DNA from: an archaeon | GTDB taxonomy: Archaea; Micrarchaeota; Micrarchaeia; Norongarragalinales; UBA97 | Length of the DNA: 64,000 nucleotides | Reading direction: 5' to 3' | NCBI GenBank assembly: GCA_020057405.1 | Contig: JAGVFW010000013.1 | Span: forward strand, 64,001 to 128,000 | Part shown: positions 1 to 9,015 of the stretch, piece by piece | How positions within the stretch are numbered: the first letter of the stretch is position 1 | How the letters are laid out: each line of letters opens with the position of its first letter | Made by a program: the position numbers and the translations under genes | The notes under the pieces: model-generated | Seen by the model: the letters and a program-made list of their open reading frames with translations, nothing else | Databases searched by the model: none | Told to the model about the DNA's origin: nothing

Positions 1-717
1 CAGCTCCGCGCCGATGCCGATTGATGGCGCGTTAAGCAACTCTATCTTCGCGTCGCTTTGGCCCATATCCGCAAGCTCCCTCAAGGCTTTCGCCTTCATG
101 CGCTCGGCAATCTCAAGCGGCAGGTTCGAGACAATCGAGTGACCGCGGATTTTAGGGTGCGGGTTTGTTGCCTCGGGCGCAATCGGCTTTAGTGACTCGA
201 CAGGCTTGATTGTAGACTCAAGCACGCCGGCGCCTTGCGGAAACCAGCCCCAGCGCTTGACGTCAACGGAAACGCGGCCGCCAAATTTGGCGAGCGCTGG
301 AGCGAAGGCCTTTTGCATGAAGAAGCCGCTTGGCGCAAACGGGTTTGACGTTCCGCCGGTGATTTTTACTCGCGAGTCGGCGGAGGCGAAGAGAAGCGGG
401 GGTAGAATTGTCTGCAGGACTAGCGTCGTGCTCCCCGCACTGCCGATGTCGAAGTCGTAGTCGCCGCCCTTGACTTGCGATGGTGAGAAATGGACTTCCT
501 GCGAGCCTAGACTTGCGCCTTTGACAGCCGCGTCGCAAATTTCGGCGGCGGCCTTCACTGCAGTCAGGTGCTGAAGCTGCAGGCCGGGGTTGGAGCGCCC
601 CGCGCGAATGCGCGAAATGCGGACGGGCTTTTGAAGCAGCGCGCTAAGCGACAGGCTCGTACGCAGGATTTGCCCGCCACCCTCAAGGTAGGAACCGTCG
701 ATTGAAATAAAATCCAC
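1..717 (-). CDS. rtcA: RNA 3'-terminal phosphate cyclase (3' end runs off the window)
   Basis: Manual translation from GTG at 717 gives MDFISIDGSYLEGGGQILRTSLSLSALL...IRAGRSNPGLQLQHL, the RtcA N-terminal signature. Absent from the ORF track because it is truncated. Confidence 0.92.
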   Translation of the reverse strand, partial: MDFISIDGSYLEGGGQILRTSLSLSALLQKPVRISRIRAGRSNPGLQLQHLTAVKAAAEICDAAVKGASLGSQEVHFSPSQVKGGDYDFDIGSAGSTTLVLQTILPPLLFASADSRVKITGGTSNPFAPSGFFMQKAFAPALAKFGGRVSVDVKRWGWFPQGAGVLESTIKPVESLKPIAPEATNPHPKIRGHSIVSNLPLEIAERMKAKALRELADMGQSDAKIELLNAPSIGIGAEL

Positions 718-746
718 GAAAATAGTTTTGGAGAAGGCCGTTTAAA

Positions 747-1514
747 CTAGACGCGCTTTCTGCCTTCTGCCCTAACGGCGCGCACCATGCGCTTGATTTT
801 TGAGGAAACGTCGCCGACTTCAAAAGCCGTGCCGACCTGGATGCCGCAGGCGCCTGCCTTGATTTGGGCAGCCGCTTGCGCGGGAGTGCGGACGCCGCCT
901 GCGCTAAAGAGCATTACTTCGTCAGCGCACGCCTTTGCCATCCCCTGAATCAAAGGCAGGGGCGCTGGCGATGGGGCGCCGCTTCCTGAATCTGCAATGA
1001 GTACGTGGCTACCGGAAAAGCGAGCGGAGAGCGCGCAGGCAGCGCCCAGGTCGGGCCTGTCGCGCGGCAAAAGGTTGGCGTTTCCAATCCAGCCAACTGC
1101 GCGGCCGGGTTCGACAACTAGGTAAGTCGTTGCGATTGGCTCGATGCCCAGCTTCGCGACAACGGGTGCGGCCTGGATTTGCGCGGTCGAGAGCCAGTAG
1201 ACGTCGCGCGAGTTGAGCATGTGCATGAAATAGACTGCGTCGGCGTAGGCGGTGAGGCCGGAGATGTTGCCGGGAAAGAGCACGATTGGGATTGGGACTT
1301 CTTCCTTGATGCGTCTGACTGTCTCGTCAACCGCATTGCCCTGGGCGCCGATGCTGCCGCCGATTAAGATGACGTCGGCACCGGCCTCGTAGCTGCTTTT
1401 AGCTATTGCCACGCCCTTTTCCATGAAGCTCTTGTCGGGGTCGATTAATGAGCAGAGCATTGCCCCCTGGGATGACAGTTTTTCCCTATAGTACTTCTCT
1501 ACTTTTCCAACCAT
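747..1514 (-). CDS. Geranylgeranylglyceryl phosphate synthase (PcrB family)
   Basis: LIDPDK, LIGGS, LFPGN, DAVYFMHMLNS, DSGSGA and GGVR motifs. Start trimmed to the ATG at 1514. Confidence 0.9.
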   Translation of the reverse strand: MVGKVEKYYREKLSSQGAMLCSLIDPDKSFMEKGVAIAKSSYEAGADVILIGGSIGAQGNAVDETVRRIKEEVPIPIVLFPGNISGLTAYADAVYFMHMLNSRDVYWLSTAQIQAAPVVAKLGIEPIATTYLVVEPGRAVGWIGNANLLPRDRPDLGAACALSARFSGSHVLIADSGSGAPSPAPLPLIQGMAKACADEVMLFSAGGVRTPAQAAAQIKAGACGIQVGTAFEVGDVSSKIKRMVRAVRAEGRKRV

Positions 1515-1606
1515 AGCGACCACGCCAAAACGAGTTAGCGCCCGCAAGTATATAAAGTTCCTTTTGCCTTCAACTTGCGGTGGGGCAAAAAAACCGTTTT
1601 TTGTGA

Positions 1607-2959
1607 GTGGATTTGATGGTCGGGACACTGGAAGACGAGGTAATTGAAAAGACCGGCTGGGAAGCCGAGCGGCTCGAAAAAGAAGTTTTCACCCGCCAAG
1701 AGCGCTTTGCGGGACTCTTGACCCGCGAGGCCGCAGTGCAGATTATTGCCGAAGAAAGCGGTGTGAAGCCCGCACCCGAAAAAGAAGTCATCTACGACCA
1801 ACTCTCTCGCGCCAAGACAACGCCAGGCGCTTCAGTCAACGTACGCGCGCGCGTTTTCCACGCCTTTGCGCCAAAACGGTTTTCAAAACCCGACGGCAAG
1901 GGCGGCGAACGGCAGGGAAAAGTCTGCAACGTGATTCTCAAGGACGCAACAGGCGAGGCGACTCTAGTTCTTTGGGGCAACGACGTCGACCTCGTAGAGA
2001 AGGACGGGCTTGAGCGCGGCGACGTTGTCGAAATCAAGGGCGCTTACGTCAAGAGCGTCTCACCACTAGAGCTTCATACTAGCATGCTCACGCGGTTAGA
2101 CATTGCCGAAGGCGATTTTCCCGACCTGCCCCTGCCGACCAAGAAACCCGTGCAGCTAAGCGCCCTTTCGCCGGGAATGCAGGACACGGACTTTTACGGC
2201 CGCGTGATGCGCGTTGGCAAGGCAAACGAGTTCGTCCGCGTGACGAAAAAAGGCACGCAGGAGAAAGGGCTAGTGTGCGACTGCACTCTATCAGACGGCA
2301 AGGCAAGCATGCGCTTTGTCGCCTGGGACGAAAACGCCCGGTGCCTCGAGCGCGCAGAGGCAGGCGATGCAGTCAAAGTCGAAGGCGCCTATGTCAAGAG
2401 CAACGCGAGTGCCGAAGTCGAGGCGCACGCTGGGTGGACCAGCCACGTCGTCCTCTCGCCCAAAGGCCACACATTGGCCTCAACGCAGGAAATGCTCTCG
2501 AGCCTCTATCCAAGAAAACTTTTGTCTGAATTAAACGACGGGGAAACGGCGCTCGTGACCGCCAAAGTCATCGAGCTGCGAAGCGCCGCAGTGATTACCA
2601 AGTGCACCGCCTGCGGGGCGCGCACTGAAAGCGGGAAGTGCGCGACTTGCGGCTCTGAAAAGACGCGGAGCTTCCTGATGGTGCGCTGCCGCCTCGACGA
2701 CGGTTTCGCAAACCTCCCGGCAGTGCTTTTTGGCCGCGAGGCAATGGACTTGCTTGGGCTAAAGCAGCTTGGCATCGACGCGGGCACTGCACTAGAGCTG
2801 AAGAAAGACTACTTGATTGGCAAGGACGCGTCGTTTGTCCTCCAAGCGAAGAAAAACGACGTCTCAGGCGAGCTCGAAGTCGTCGTGCGCCAAGTAGTCA
2901 GCACGAATCCTAACCCGGCTGACGTTGCCGGCGATCTCTCAAAGCGGCTTGAAAACTAA
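1607..2959 (+). CDS. rpa: Replication protein A (multiple OB folds plus Zn finger)
   Basis: Repeated OB-fold motifs (LKDATGEATLVLW, LSDGKASMRFVAW, LDDGFANLPAVLFG) and a CTAC...CATC zinc finger. Confidence 0.88.
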   Translation: MDLMVGTLEDEVIEKTGWEAERLEKEVFTRQERFAGLLTREAAVQIIAEESGVKPAPEKEVIYDQLSRAKTTPGASVNVRARVFHAFAPKRFSKPDGKGGERQGKVCNVILKDATGEATLVLWGNDVDLVEKDGLERGDVVEIKGAYVKSVSPLELHTSMLTRLDIAEGDFPDLPLPTKKPVQLSALSPGMQDTDFYGRVMRVGKANEFVRVTKKGTQEKGLVCDCTLSDGKASMRFVAWDENARCLERAEAGDAVKVEGAYVKSNASAEVEAHAGWTSHVVLSPKGHTLASTQEMLSSLYPRKLLSELNDGETALVTAKVIELRSAAVITKCTACGARTESGKCATCGSEKTRSFLMVRCRLDDGFANLPAVLFGREAMDLLGLKQLGIDAGTALELKKDYLIGKDASFVLQAKKNDVSGELEVVVRQVVSTNPNPADVAGDLSKRLEN

Positions 2960-3013
2960 GGCCGGCAAGCCACTGGCGAAAGTTTTTCTAAAGCTAACTA
3001 AACTAAGGTATAT

Positions 3014-3220
3014 GTGAAGCACATGACCCGGGTTTCCCTTACATCTGAAGCTTACGCCCGGCTAAAGGCAGTCAAGCAGCAGGGCGAGAGTTTCAGCGAC
3101 GTCGTCATGCAGCACGTTCCGCAGAAAATAGACTTGAAGGACTTTTTGGGCTCCTGCAAGGGAATGGATGCAGACAAGCTCAACGTGAGGATTAAATCCG
3201 AGAGGCGAAGACGATGGTGA
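3014..3220 (+). CDS. Putative VapB-type antitoxin (DUF217-like)
   Basis: RVSLTSEAYARLKAVKQQGESFSDVV matches the archaeal antitoxin pattern. Confidence 0.7.
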   Translation: MKHMTRVSLTSEAYARLKAVKQQGESFSDVVMQHVPQKIDLKDFLGSCKGMDADKLNVRIKSERRRRW

Positions 3221-3279
3221 AACGGGTCGGCAAACCGGTTCCGAAAACCTAATTAACTTCCGTATAACTAAGTATAACT

Positions 3280-3510
3280 ATGGCTGGAGCGGAAGTGATT
3301 AGGGTGACGGTGAAGCAGTGGGGTAACTCGAAGGGCGTCGTAATTCCCAAAGGGGTTGACGCCGAAGTGGGGGACGAACTAGATTTGCGGATAGAGAAGT
3401 CAGTAAAACCCCTTAGAGTTAGAGACATTTTTGGCATAATCAAGCGCAAGGGCGTGCGGCCTGACGCGATAAAGGTATTGAAAGACCTACGCAGGAGCGA
3501 CTGGAAATGA
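3280..3510 (+). CDS. AbrB/MazE-family antitoxin
   Basis: VKQWGNSKGVVIPK AbrB motif; ATGA overlap with the downstream PIN gene. Confidence 0.85.
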   Translation: MAGAEVIRVTVKQWGNSKGVVIPKGVDAEVGDELDLRIEKSVKPLRVRDIFGIIKRKGVRPDAIKVLKDLRRSDWK

Positions 3511-3869
3511 ACTACTTCTTCGATTCTTCAGCTATCATTGAGGTCATCGAAGGAAACCCCGGCTACTCTAAATTCGGGGCTTGCCAAGTGGTTACTGCAC
3601 CCATAAACTTCGCCGAAGTCCACTACTACGGTTTGCGTGAAAACCACGAAGGGGAAGTGGCGGCCGCGTTCGCAGGCGGAAACGCTGTTTTTCTTTCCCC
3701 GAACCTTGCCGACTGGAAAAAGGCAGCGGAATTCCGATTCGCCCATAAAAAGAAAGACTTCAGCATCGCCGACTGCGTCGGATACACCTTGGCCAAGAAG
3801 AACGGACTCGTATTTCTGACCCGCGACAAGGCATTTAGCGGAATGCCGGGTACGGAAGTAGTCATCTAA
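3507..3869 (+). CDS. vapC: VapC PIN-domain toxin
   Basis: YFFDSS, AEV, FSIADC and LTRD acidic PIN motifs. Confidence 0.88.
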   Translation: MNYFFDSSAIIEVIEGNPGYSKFGACQVVTAPINFAEVHYYGLRENHEGEVAAAFAGGNAVFLSPNLADWKKAAEFRFAHKKKDFSIADCVGYTLAKKNGLVFLTRDKAFSGMPGTEVVI

Positions 3870-4457
3870 CTAGTTTTTGTAGAGCCCGCGGTTGCGCAGG
3901 AAGCCCTTGAGGTTCTCCCGCATCTCGTCAAGCTGGCCTTCGTTGAGAACCACGGCATCAGCGCCGTGGGCGACGTGGCCGATGTTCTGCTCGAACGGCT
4001 TGGCGTCGGGCTTGTTCTCTTTTTCTTCCGAAAGCACGAAATCCTCGAATGAAAGCTCGTCGCCCTTGTCGCGGTGGCGCTTTTTTATGCGTTCGTAGCG
4101 GACTTTGACGCCCGCCTCGACGAAAATCAGCTCGAAATCCTTGCCGAATGCCTCTCGCAGCACGTCGATTTCTCCTTGGGTGCGCAGGGAATCGACTAAG
4201 GCAAGCTTGGTTTCTTTAGGCAGGGCCTTCATTTTCTCGACGACCCTGCGCGCGGGCTCGCCGGGACCGAACTTCTTTCTGATGTCGTTGGCAACTTCCT
4301 GCTTCGTCGGCCTGTCGGTTCCAAGGCCGCGCCGGATGCACTCTTCAGTGATTTCGTCACTGGTGCTGAAAGCGGCAGCGCCGGTAAGCTCTTGAATTAG
4401 CTGGATTGCCGTACCCTTTCCCGCGCCGAAAAACCCGACGAAACCAAGAACCTTCAT
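3870..4457 (-). CDS. Archaeal dephospho-CoA kinase-like P-loop kinase (UPF0200)
   Basis: GFFGAGKG P-loop, DSLR, VRYERI and a C-terminal ADAVVLNEG. Confidence 0.75.
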   Translation of the reverse strand: MKVLGFVGFFGAGKGTAIQLIQELTGAAAFSTSDEITEECIRRGLGTDRPTKQEVANDIRKKFGPGEPARRVVEKMKALPKETKLALVDSLRTQGEIDVLREAFGKDFELIFVEAGVKVRYERIKKRHRDKGDELSFEDFVLSEEKENKPDAKPFEQNIGHVAHGADAVVLNEGQLDEMRENLKGFLRNRGLYKN

Positions 4458-4507
4458 AAAAGAAATTAGGTCGGCTGCAGGCTAATAAACACTGGCGCGC
4501 CGGCGGC

Positions 4508-5542
4508 TTAATCGACGACTTTAGTCTCTAGCTTCTCGAGGTCGCAGAAGTCGGACGCGAAGTTGTAGGCCCCCGCGTTGATGAAAACAAGCGGTTGCCC
4601 GACTTTGGGCGCCTCTAGGTAAACGCGGTAGCGGAACAAGTCGACCGAGCATGGCGTCACGCCCTTGACGACGTACGGCTCGCCATTGCCTGCAGGCAAT
4701 TCACCCTCGATTAGTAGCTTTACCGGCACGATTACCGCGTCCATGTCGGAATTGTAGACCGAGGCGTTGACGATGACGTTGTTCTCGTGGATGCCGATGA
4801 TGGTCGTGACGAGCTTGCAGGCCGGCGCTGCGATGAAGCGGCCGGGCTCGATGACGAGCTTGATTCCGCGGCCGTTAGTCCACTGGCGGAACTCTTGGAT
4901 TTTCTCAAGGATGCCTGGCAGGATGCCGGGGTTGGTGTTGGCGTAGTCTGAAGGCAGGCCACCGCCGATGTTGATGAGCTGGATTGCCTTTAGCGACTCT
5001 TCGGAGAGCAGGCTTGACACTTCGTAGACTAGGTTCCATTCACTCACGTTCTGCGTTTTTCGGTGGAAGTGCACGCCAAGGGCGGCGATTGACGCGTGCC
5101 CGGTGAGTTCCTTTAGCCGCCTGTTGACAACATCGGCAGTCATGCCGAAAACGAAGAACCTTTCGGTGCGAAGCGTGTGCTCGCGCAGCTTGATGCGCAG
5201 GTAAAGTGTGATTTTCTCGCTCCTTGAGGGCAGGTGCGCCATTAGCACGTCGAGGTCGGACTCGTTGTCGACAACAAAACTGCGGATGCCCATTTGCAGG
5301 AGGCCGTTGATTTGTTCTGGTGTCCAGGCTTGCGCGAGGAACAACACGCGGCTCTTGTCTGCAAGGTGCTTTAGCTCGCCCTCAAAGTGCACGCTGAAGA
5401 GCGAATCCGTGTTTTCCTCGAGGATTGGCGTGACTTGCTGGTTTGTTTTCGAGCTATAGGAGACCGCGTCGCCAAGCTCGCGCACTTTGGCGTACTGCCT
5501 TAGCACGGTCTTTTTCGAGAGCTCAAAGTAAGGTTCTTCCAT
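4508..5542 (-). CDS. PLP-dependent basic amino acid decarboxylase (ornithine/DAP/arginine decarboxylase family)
   Basis: SYSSKTN (PLP Lys), HFH, INIGGG, EPGR, TPCSVD and GAY motifs. Confidence 0.85.
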   Translation of the reverse strand: MEEPYFELSKKTVLRQYAKVRELGDAVSYSSKTNQQVTPILEENTDSLFSVHFEGELKHLADKSRVLFLAQAWTPEQINGLLQMGIRSFVVDNESDLDVLMAHLPSRSEKITLYLRIKLREHTLRTERFFVFGMTADVVNRRLKELTGHASIAALGVHFHRKTQNVSEWNLVYEVSSLLSEESLKAIQLINIGGGLPSDYANTNPGILPGILEKIQEFRQWTNGRGIKLVIEPGRFIAAPACKLVTTIIGIHENNVIVNASVYNSDMDAVIVPVKLLIEGELPAGNGEPYVVKGVTPCSVDLFRYRVYLEAPKVGQPLVFINAGAYNFASDFCDLEKLETKVVD

Positions 5543-5548
5543 CGCAAA

Positions 5549-6493
5549 TCACTTCCTAAGCAGGTTCTCGGCGTCAAGCTCCTCAAACGCGCGAATCATC
5601 ACGAGCGGGAAGGTGATTGTCACGTCGCCGATGACGGTCGCCACGTCGCTCTCGTCCTTGACTTTGCCCCACGACTTGGCTTCATTCGTCGTCGCACCGC
5701 TCATTGAACCTGACGTCTTGTGCGCAGTTGTCATGTAGACGGCGTATTCCGCACCGCCGTTTAGGAGAGTGGCGAGGATGGCGTGGTGCTTTGAAATGCT
5801 GCCGCCGAGGGCGATGACGCCCTTCTTGTCGTCGTGGCTGGTCGCGTAGAGAATGTTTCCGAAGTCCTTGACGACATCAATGACGAAGTCAGGGTGATCC
5901 TGCTGGAAGAGATATAGGTGAAAGCCGAAAGCGCCGTCGGTCACTGCGGGGCAGAAGATTGGCACATTGTTTTTCGCCGCTTGGTAGAGAATAGAGTCCT
6001 CATCGTTTAGCTGCAGGCCGATTTCGCGAAGCATTTCCGAGACTGCCCAGCGCTTTTTCTTGGCGTAGAGGCCGGCGATGACTGGGCGCAGGAGGTTCTC
6101 GAAGTTCATGTAACTCTCGTTCTTCACAAGAATGTTGCCAACGCGGTTGATTCCCTGCTCGTGCAGCTCGACGTCGTCGCGCTCGAAAGTGCCTAACTGG
6201 AAGCGCTCGCCCTTGGCCTTCATTATGTCTTCTTCAATGCCCCCAACGGTGGTGATGACGATGTCCGCCATGCCAAGGCGAATGCATTGTGCAAAGAAGC
6301 CCCTGAGGCCGGAAGTGACCATGTTGGAAGTGAAAGTGAGGAAAATCTTTGCGCCGTCCTTCTTCATTTTCACGATGACGTCTGACGCTTTCTTGAGCTC
6401 GACGCTCTGGTAACCGATTTGCGAGTAGCCGGCGACCAGTTCTCGCACGGTAATGCCTTTTTTCCAAGTAAAGTCCTTAACGTAATCAACCAT
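5549..6493 (-). CDS. dys: Deoxyhypusine synthase family protein
   Basis: TSNMVTSGLR, GINRVGN, SGA and EAKSWGK (active-site Lys). AGGTGA ribosome-binding site precedes the ATG at 6493. Confidence 0.9.
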   Translation of the reverse strand: MVDYVKDFTWKKGITVRELVAGYSQIGYQSVELKKASDVIVKMKKDGAKIFLTFTSNMVTSGLRGFFAQCIRLGMADIVITTVGGIEEDIMKAKGERFQLGTFERDDVELHEQGINRVGNILVKNESYMNFENLLRPVIAGLYAKKKRWAVSEMLREIGLQLNDEDSILYQAAKNNVPIFCPAVTDGAFGFHLYLFQQDHPDFVIDVVKDFGNILYATSHDDKKGVIALGGSISKHHAILATLLNGGAEYAVYMTTAHKTSGSMSGATTNEAKSWGKVKDESDVATVIGDVTITFPLVMIRAFEELDAENLLRK

Positions 6494-6520
6494 TGAAATC
6501 ACCTTTATGAATTATGGCGT

Positions 6521-6539
6521 AAAAGCCAGCGAAGCTGGC
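6521..6539 (-). terminator. Hairpin plus U-tract in the dys 5' leader (possible attenuator)
   Basis: The minus strand reads GCCAGC-TTC-GCTGGC-TTTT. Confidence 0.45.
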
Positions 6540-6560
6540 GCTAGAAATGAAAAGTAGGAA

Positions 6561-6590
6561 TTACGGACAGTCTTTCTTCTGGTTTAGCAT
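6561..6590 (-). CDS. Putative leader peptide MLNQKKDCP
   Basis: ATG...CCG TAA, lying between a TTTAAATA box (about 6627-6634) and the hairpin upstream of dys. Confidence 0.4.
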   Translation of the reverse strand: MLNQKKDCP

Positions 6591-6637
6591 CAAAATCGTT
6601 ATCCCAAAAATAATATGCCCGCCAACGTATTTAAACG

Positions 6638-6952
6638 TCAGTGAACGCGCTTGATTTTGGGGAAGCGGTCGAAGCCTGAATCCGGGGTTCGGGACTTTTT
6701 GGACAATAAATCTGCCTTGCGAAGTTGTTTTTTCCTTAGGATAAGTTCAACCCATTCTTTGCATGAAGGGCAGAGGGTATGCATTTCAACCGTTTCTCCG
6801 CTCAGGGTGGAGTGCTTAGGGGAAAGCCGAGTCCACTCGTACGAGTCAAGACTGCATCCCATGTCTTTGGTCTGGAATCCGCCAATCTTCTTGCCACAAT
6901 AAGGGCAGAAAAAATTTCCACGAATTGAATCGAACAGCCCCACGTTAATCAC
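6638..6952 (-). CDS. Small Zn-ribbon protein
   Basis: CPYC and HTLCPSC motifs. Confidence 0.6.
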   Translation of the reverse strand: MINVGLFDSIRGNFFCPYCGKKIGGFQTKDMGCSLDSYEWTRLSPKHSTLSGETVEMHTLCPSCKEWVELILRKKQLRKADLLSKKSRTPDSGFDRFPKIKRVH

Positions 6953-7088
6953 TTAGAAAAGCTGGTTGTCAGCGTATTAAAATACATTTTGAAGTGGCTT
7001 GCCAGCCTTGCCGGGGTGCCTTTCGGGCCGCTGCCGTTTGGTGGCCCCAGTTCCAAACGCTTTTTAACGCGGGCGGTGTGATGCTTGC

Positions 7089-7835
7089 ATGCCAGTAGAA
7101 CGGGTCCAGAGCGGCATTTACGGCCTTGACGAGCTGATTACGGGAGGGTTCCCAAAGGGCCGCACCATCCTCATTAGCGGCGCGTGCGGCACGGGCAAGA
7201 GCATTTTGTGCAGCCAGTACCTCTACCGCGGGGCCGCCGAGTTCGACGAACCCGGAGTTTACGTCGCTTTTGACGAGCGGCCGGAAGAAATTAGGAGCGA
7301 CATGGCGAACTTCGGCTGGGACATCGAAGCAATGGAAAAGAAAGGCAAGCTCGCGATTGTTGACGTTACTAGCGCCAAAGCCGGCGTGCCAAGCGAGGAA
7401 GACCACGCAATCCTCCCAGGCCAGCTTGACATTGACAAGATTCTCGTCGACGCGATTAGCGTGGCGCGCAACATTGGCGCGAAAAGAATGGTTTTCGACT
7501 CTATTCCCTCAATGGCCTTCCGCATGGACACCGTCCACGAAATCCGCAAAGGCATCTTGAAGCTCGCCTACATTTCGGCCAAAGCCGGCTTGACGACGCT
7601 GATTACAACTGAAGCCGAGGAATCGCCTTCCGGCGTTCCAATCAAGTTTTCCCGCTACGAAGTCGAAGAATACGTTGCAGATGGCGTCGTCGTCCTAGGA
7701 CTCTTCGGCGGCGGCCAAAGCGCCTTCCGCACACTCCACGTCCGCAAGATGCGAGGCACCAAACACGCCCTCGAACTCCACCCAATGGAAATAGGCGACA
7801 AGGGAATAACAGTCAAGAAGATAGGCGGAATTTAG
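7089..7835 (+). CDS. KaiC-like / RAD55 single-domain ATPase
   Basis: GACGTGKS Walker A, VFDS, EEYVADGVV and VRKMRGTKH. Confidence 0.92.
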   Translation: MPVERVQSGIYGLDELITGGFPKGRTILISGACGTGKSILCSQYLYRGAAEFDEPGVYVAFDERPEEIRSDMANFGWDIEAMEKKGKLAIVDVTSAKAGVPSEEDHAILPGQLDIDKILVDAISVARNIGAKRMVFDSIPSMAFRMDTVHEIRKGILKLAYISAKAGLTTLITTEAEESPSGVPIKFSRYEVEEYVADGVVVLGLFGGGQSAFRTLHVRKMRGTKHALELHPMEIGDKGITVKKIGGI

Positions 7836-8368
7836 CTTCCACTGGTTTTTGGTTTCAAAATAAAAACACACTCTGCTTCCCCAGTACAAACACACTTGGT
7901 TTCTACGCATTCAATCTCTTTGTCATATATTGTCGTAAAAATACCCGCAAAAAAACCCGCTATAAAATAATCCATAACTACCTTGGTCTTTTCGTTTTTT
8001 CGTAAATCATCTTTAGCTAATGAAGAAATTGCTCCGACGATTATACTCCCATCTGGGTTTGAAGAAATTCGGTTTATTTTCGCAAGACCTTGTAACTCCA
8101 CGATATTGCGCCATAACGCTACGCTCTCCATGCCCTTAACCTTAAAACGCTTATCTAAATCCTCGGAAAAATCCTTAGATGTCCTAAAACCCAAAGTGTA
8201 CAGAAGTTTTCCAGATTTGGCACTGTTTCCTTCGTTAAGAAGACTTCTCAAATGAGAGTGGATAGACGCAGGGTATAACAAATACGTAGAGTTGAAAATA
8301 GCCACATCGCCTTCAATAAAGCGCAATTGTTTTGCCATAAGCAATTTTTTAAAAAAGCCGGATAACAA
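7832..8368 (-). CDS. Stand-alone V4R domain protein
   Basis: C-terminal AGFFAGIF...ECVETKCVCTGEAECVF V4R signature. Confidence 0.85.
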   Translation of the reverse strand: MLSGFFKKLLMAKQLRFIEGDVAIFNSTYLLYPASIHSHLRSLLNEGNSAKSGKLLYTLGFRTSKDFSEDLDKRFKVKGMESVALWRNIVELQGLAKINRISSNPDGSIIVGAISSLAKDDLRKNEKTKVVMDYFIAGFFAGIFTTIYDKEIECVETKCVCTGEAECVFILKPKTSGS

Positions 8369-8842
8369 CTAAGTCTCCCCACGTATTCGTTTTATTTTTT
8401 CCCACTTTTCAAAATTCAGTACTAAATCGGCTTCTTGGTCGCTAACAATCGTGCTAACCAAAACTTCTCGGATTTTGGGATTACGCACTAGTTTTGATAT
8501 AGAAGCTGAAAGCGCTCGAGAAAACTTATCAGAACGCAATTTTGTAGTAAAATGCGCGGATATTGCTACTGGAACACCCGTCATAATCTCAATAAAGCCG
8601 CCTTTTTCGAAGAGAAACCGCTTGTAAAACTTTTCGCCAACGATATCTTCACCAATGAAACAGGTTTTTTCTCCGAAGTTTCTCTCCAGTGACTTAACGA
8701 ATTCAAACAAAGCACGATCAGTTTCAGATTCTGAATTTTGAGTCGCCAGCGCTACGAGATCCGCAGAGTCCGGCGTATCTGAACCAAAAGGTAGCGCTTC
8801 GGGAAGATCGATTAAAGTCACATACGAGTGTCTTAGTTTCAT
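8369..8842 (-). CDS. Hypothetical protein
   Basis: 157-aa ORF with GGAGGT upstream, directly abutting the V4R gene. Confidence 0.6.
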   Translation of the reverse strand: MKLRHSYVTLIDLPEALPFGSDTPDSADLVALATQNSESETDRALFEFVKSLERNFGEKTCFIGEDIVGEKFYKRFLFEKGGFIEIMTGVPVAISAHFTTKLRSDKFSRALSASISKLVRNPKIREVLVSTIVSDQEADLVLNFEKWEKIKRIRGET

Positions 8843-9015
8843 CCGGTACCTCCCACTAACACATTACGCATACTGTAACGCTATTTAAAAACACTAATCT
8901 ACCCGCATCTCAAAAGACACAGCAGACTTAAAAAGAGACCTAGCCTACGGGTATATACGCTAAACGCAGGTAGAAGGAAAGAAACTAACCGATAGTAAAA
9001 AAACTGGGGTAGATT

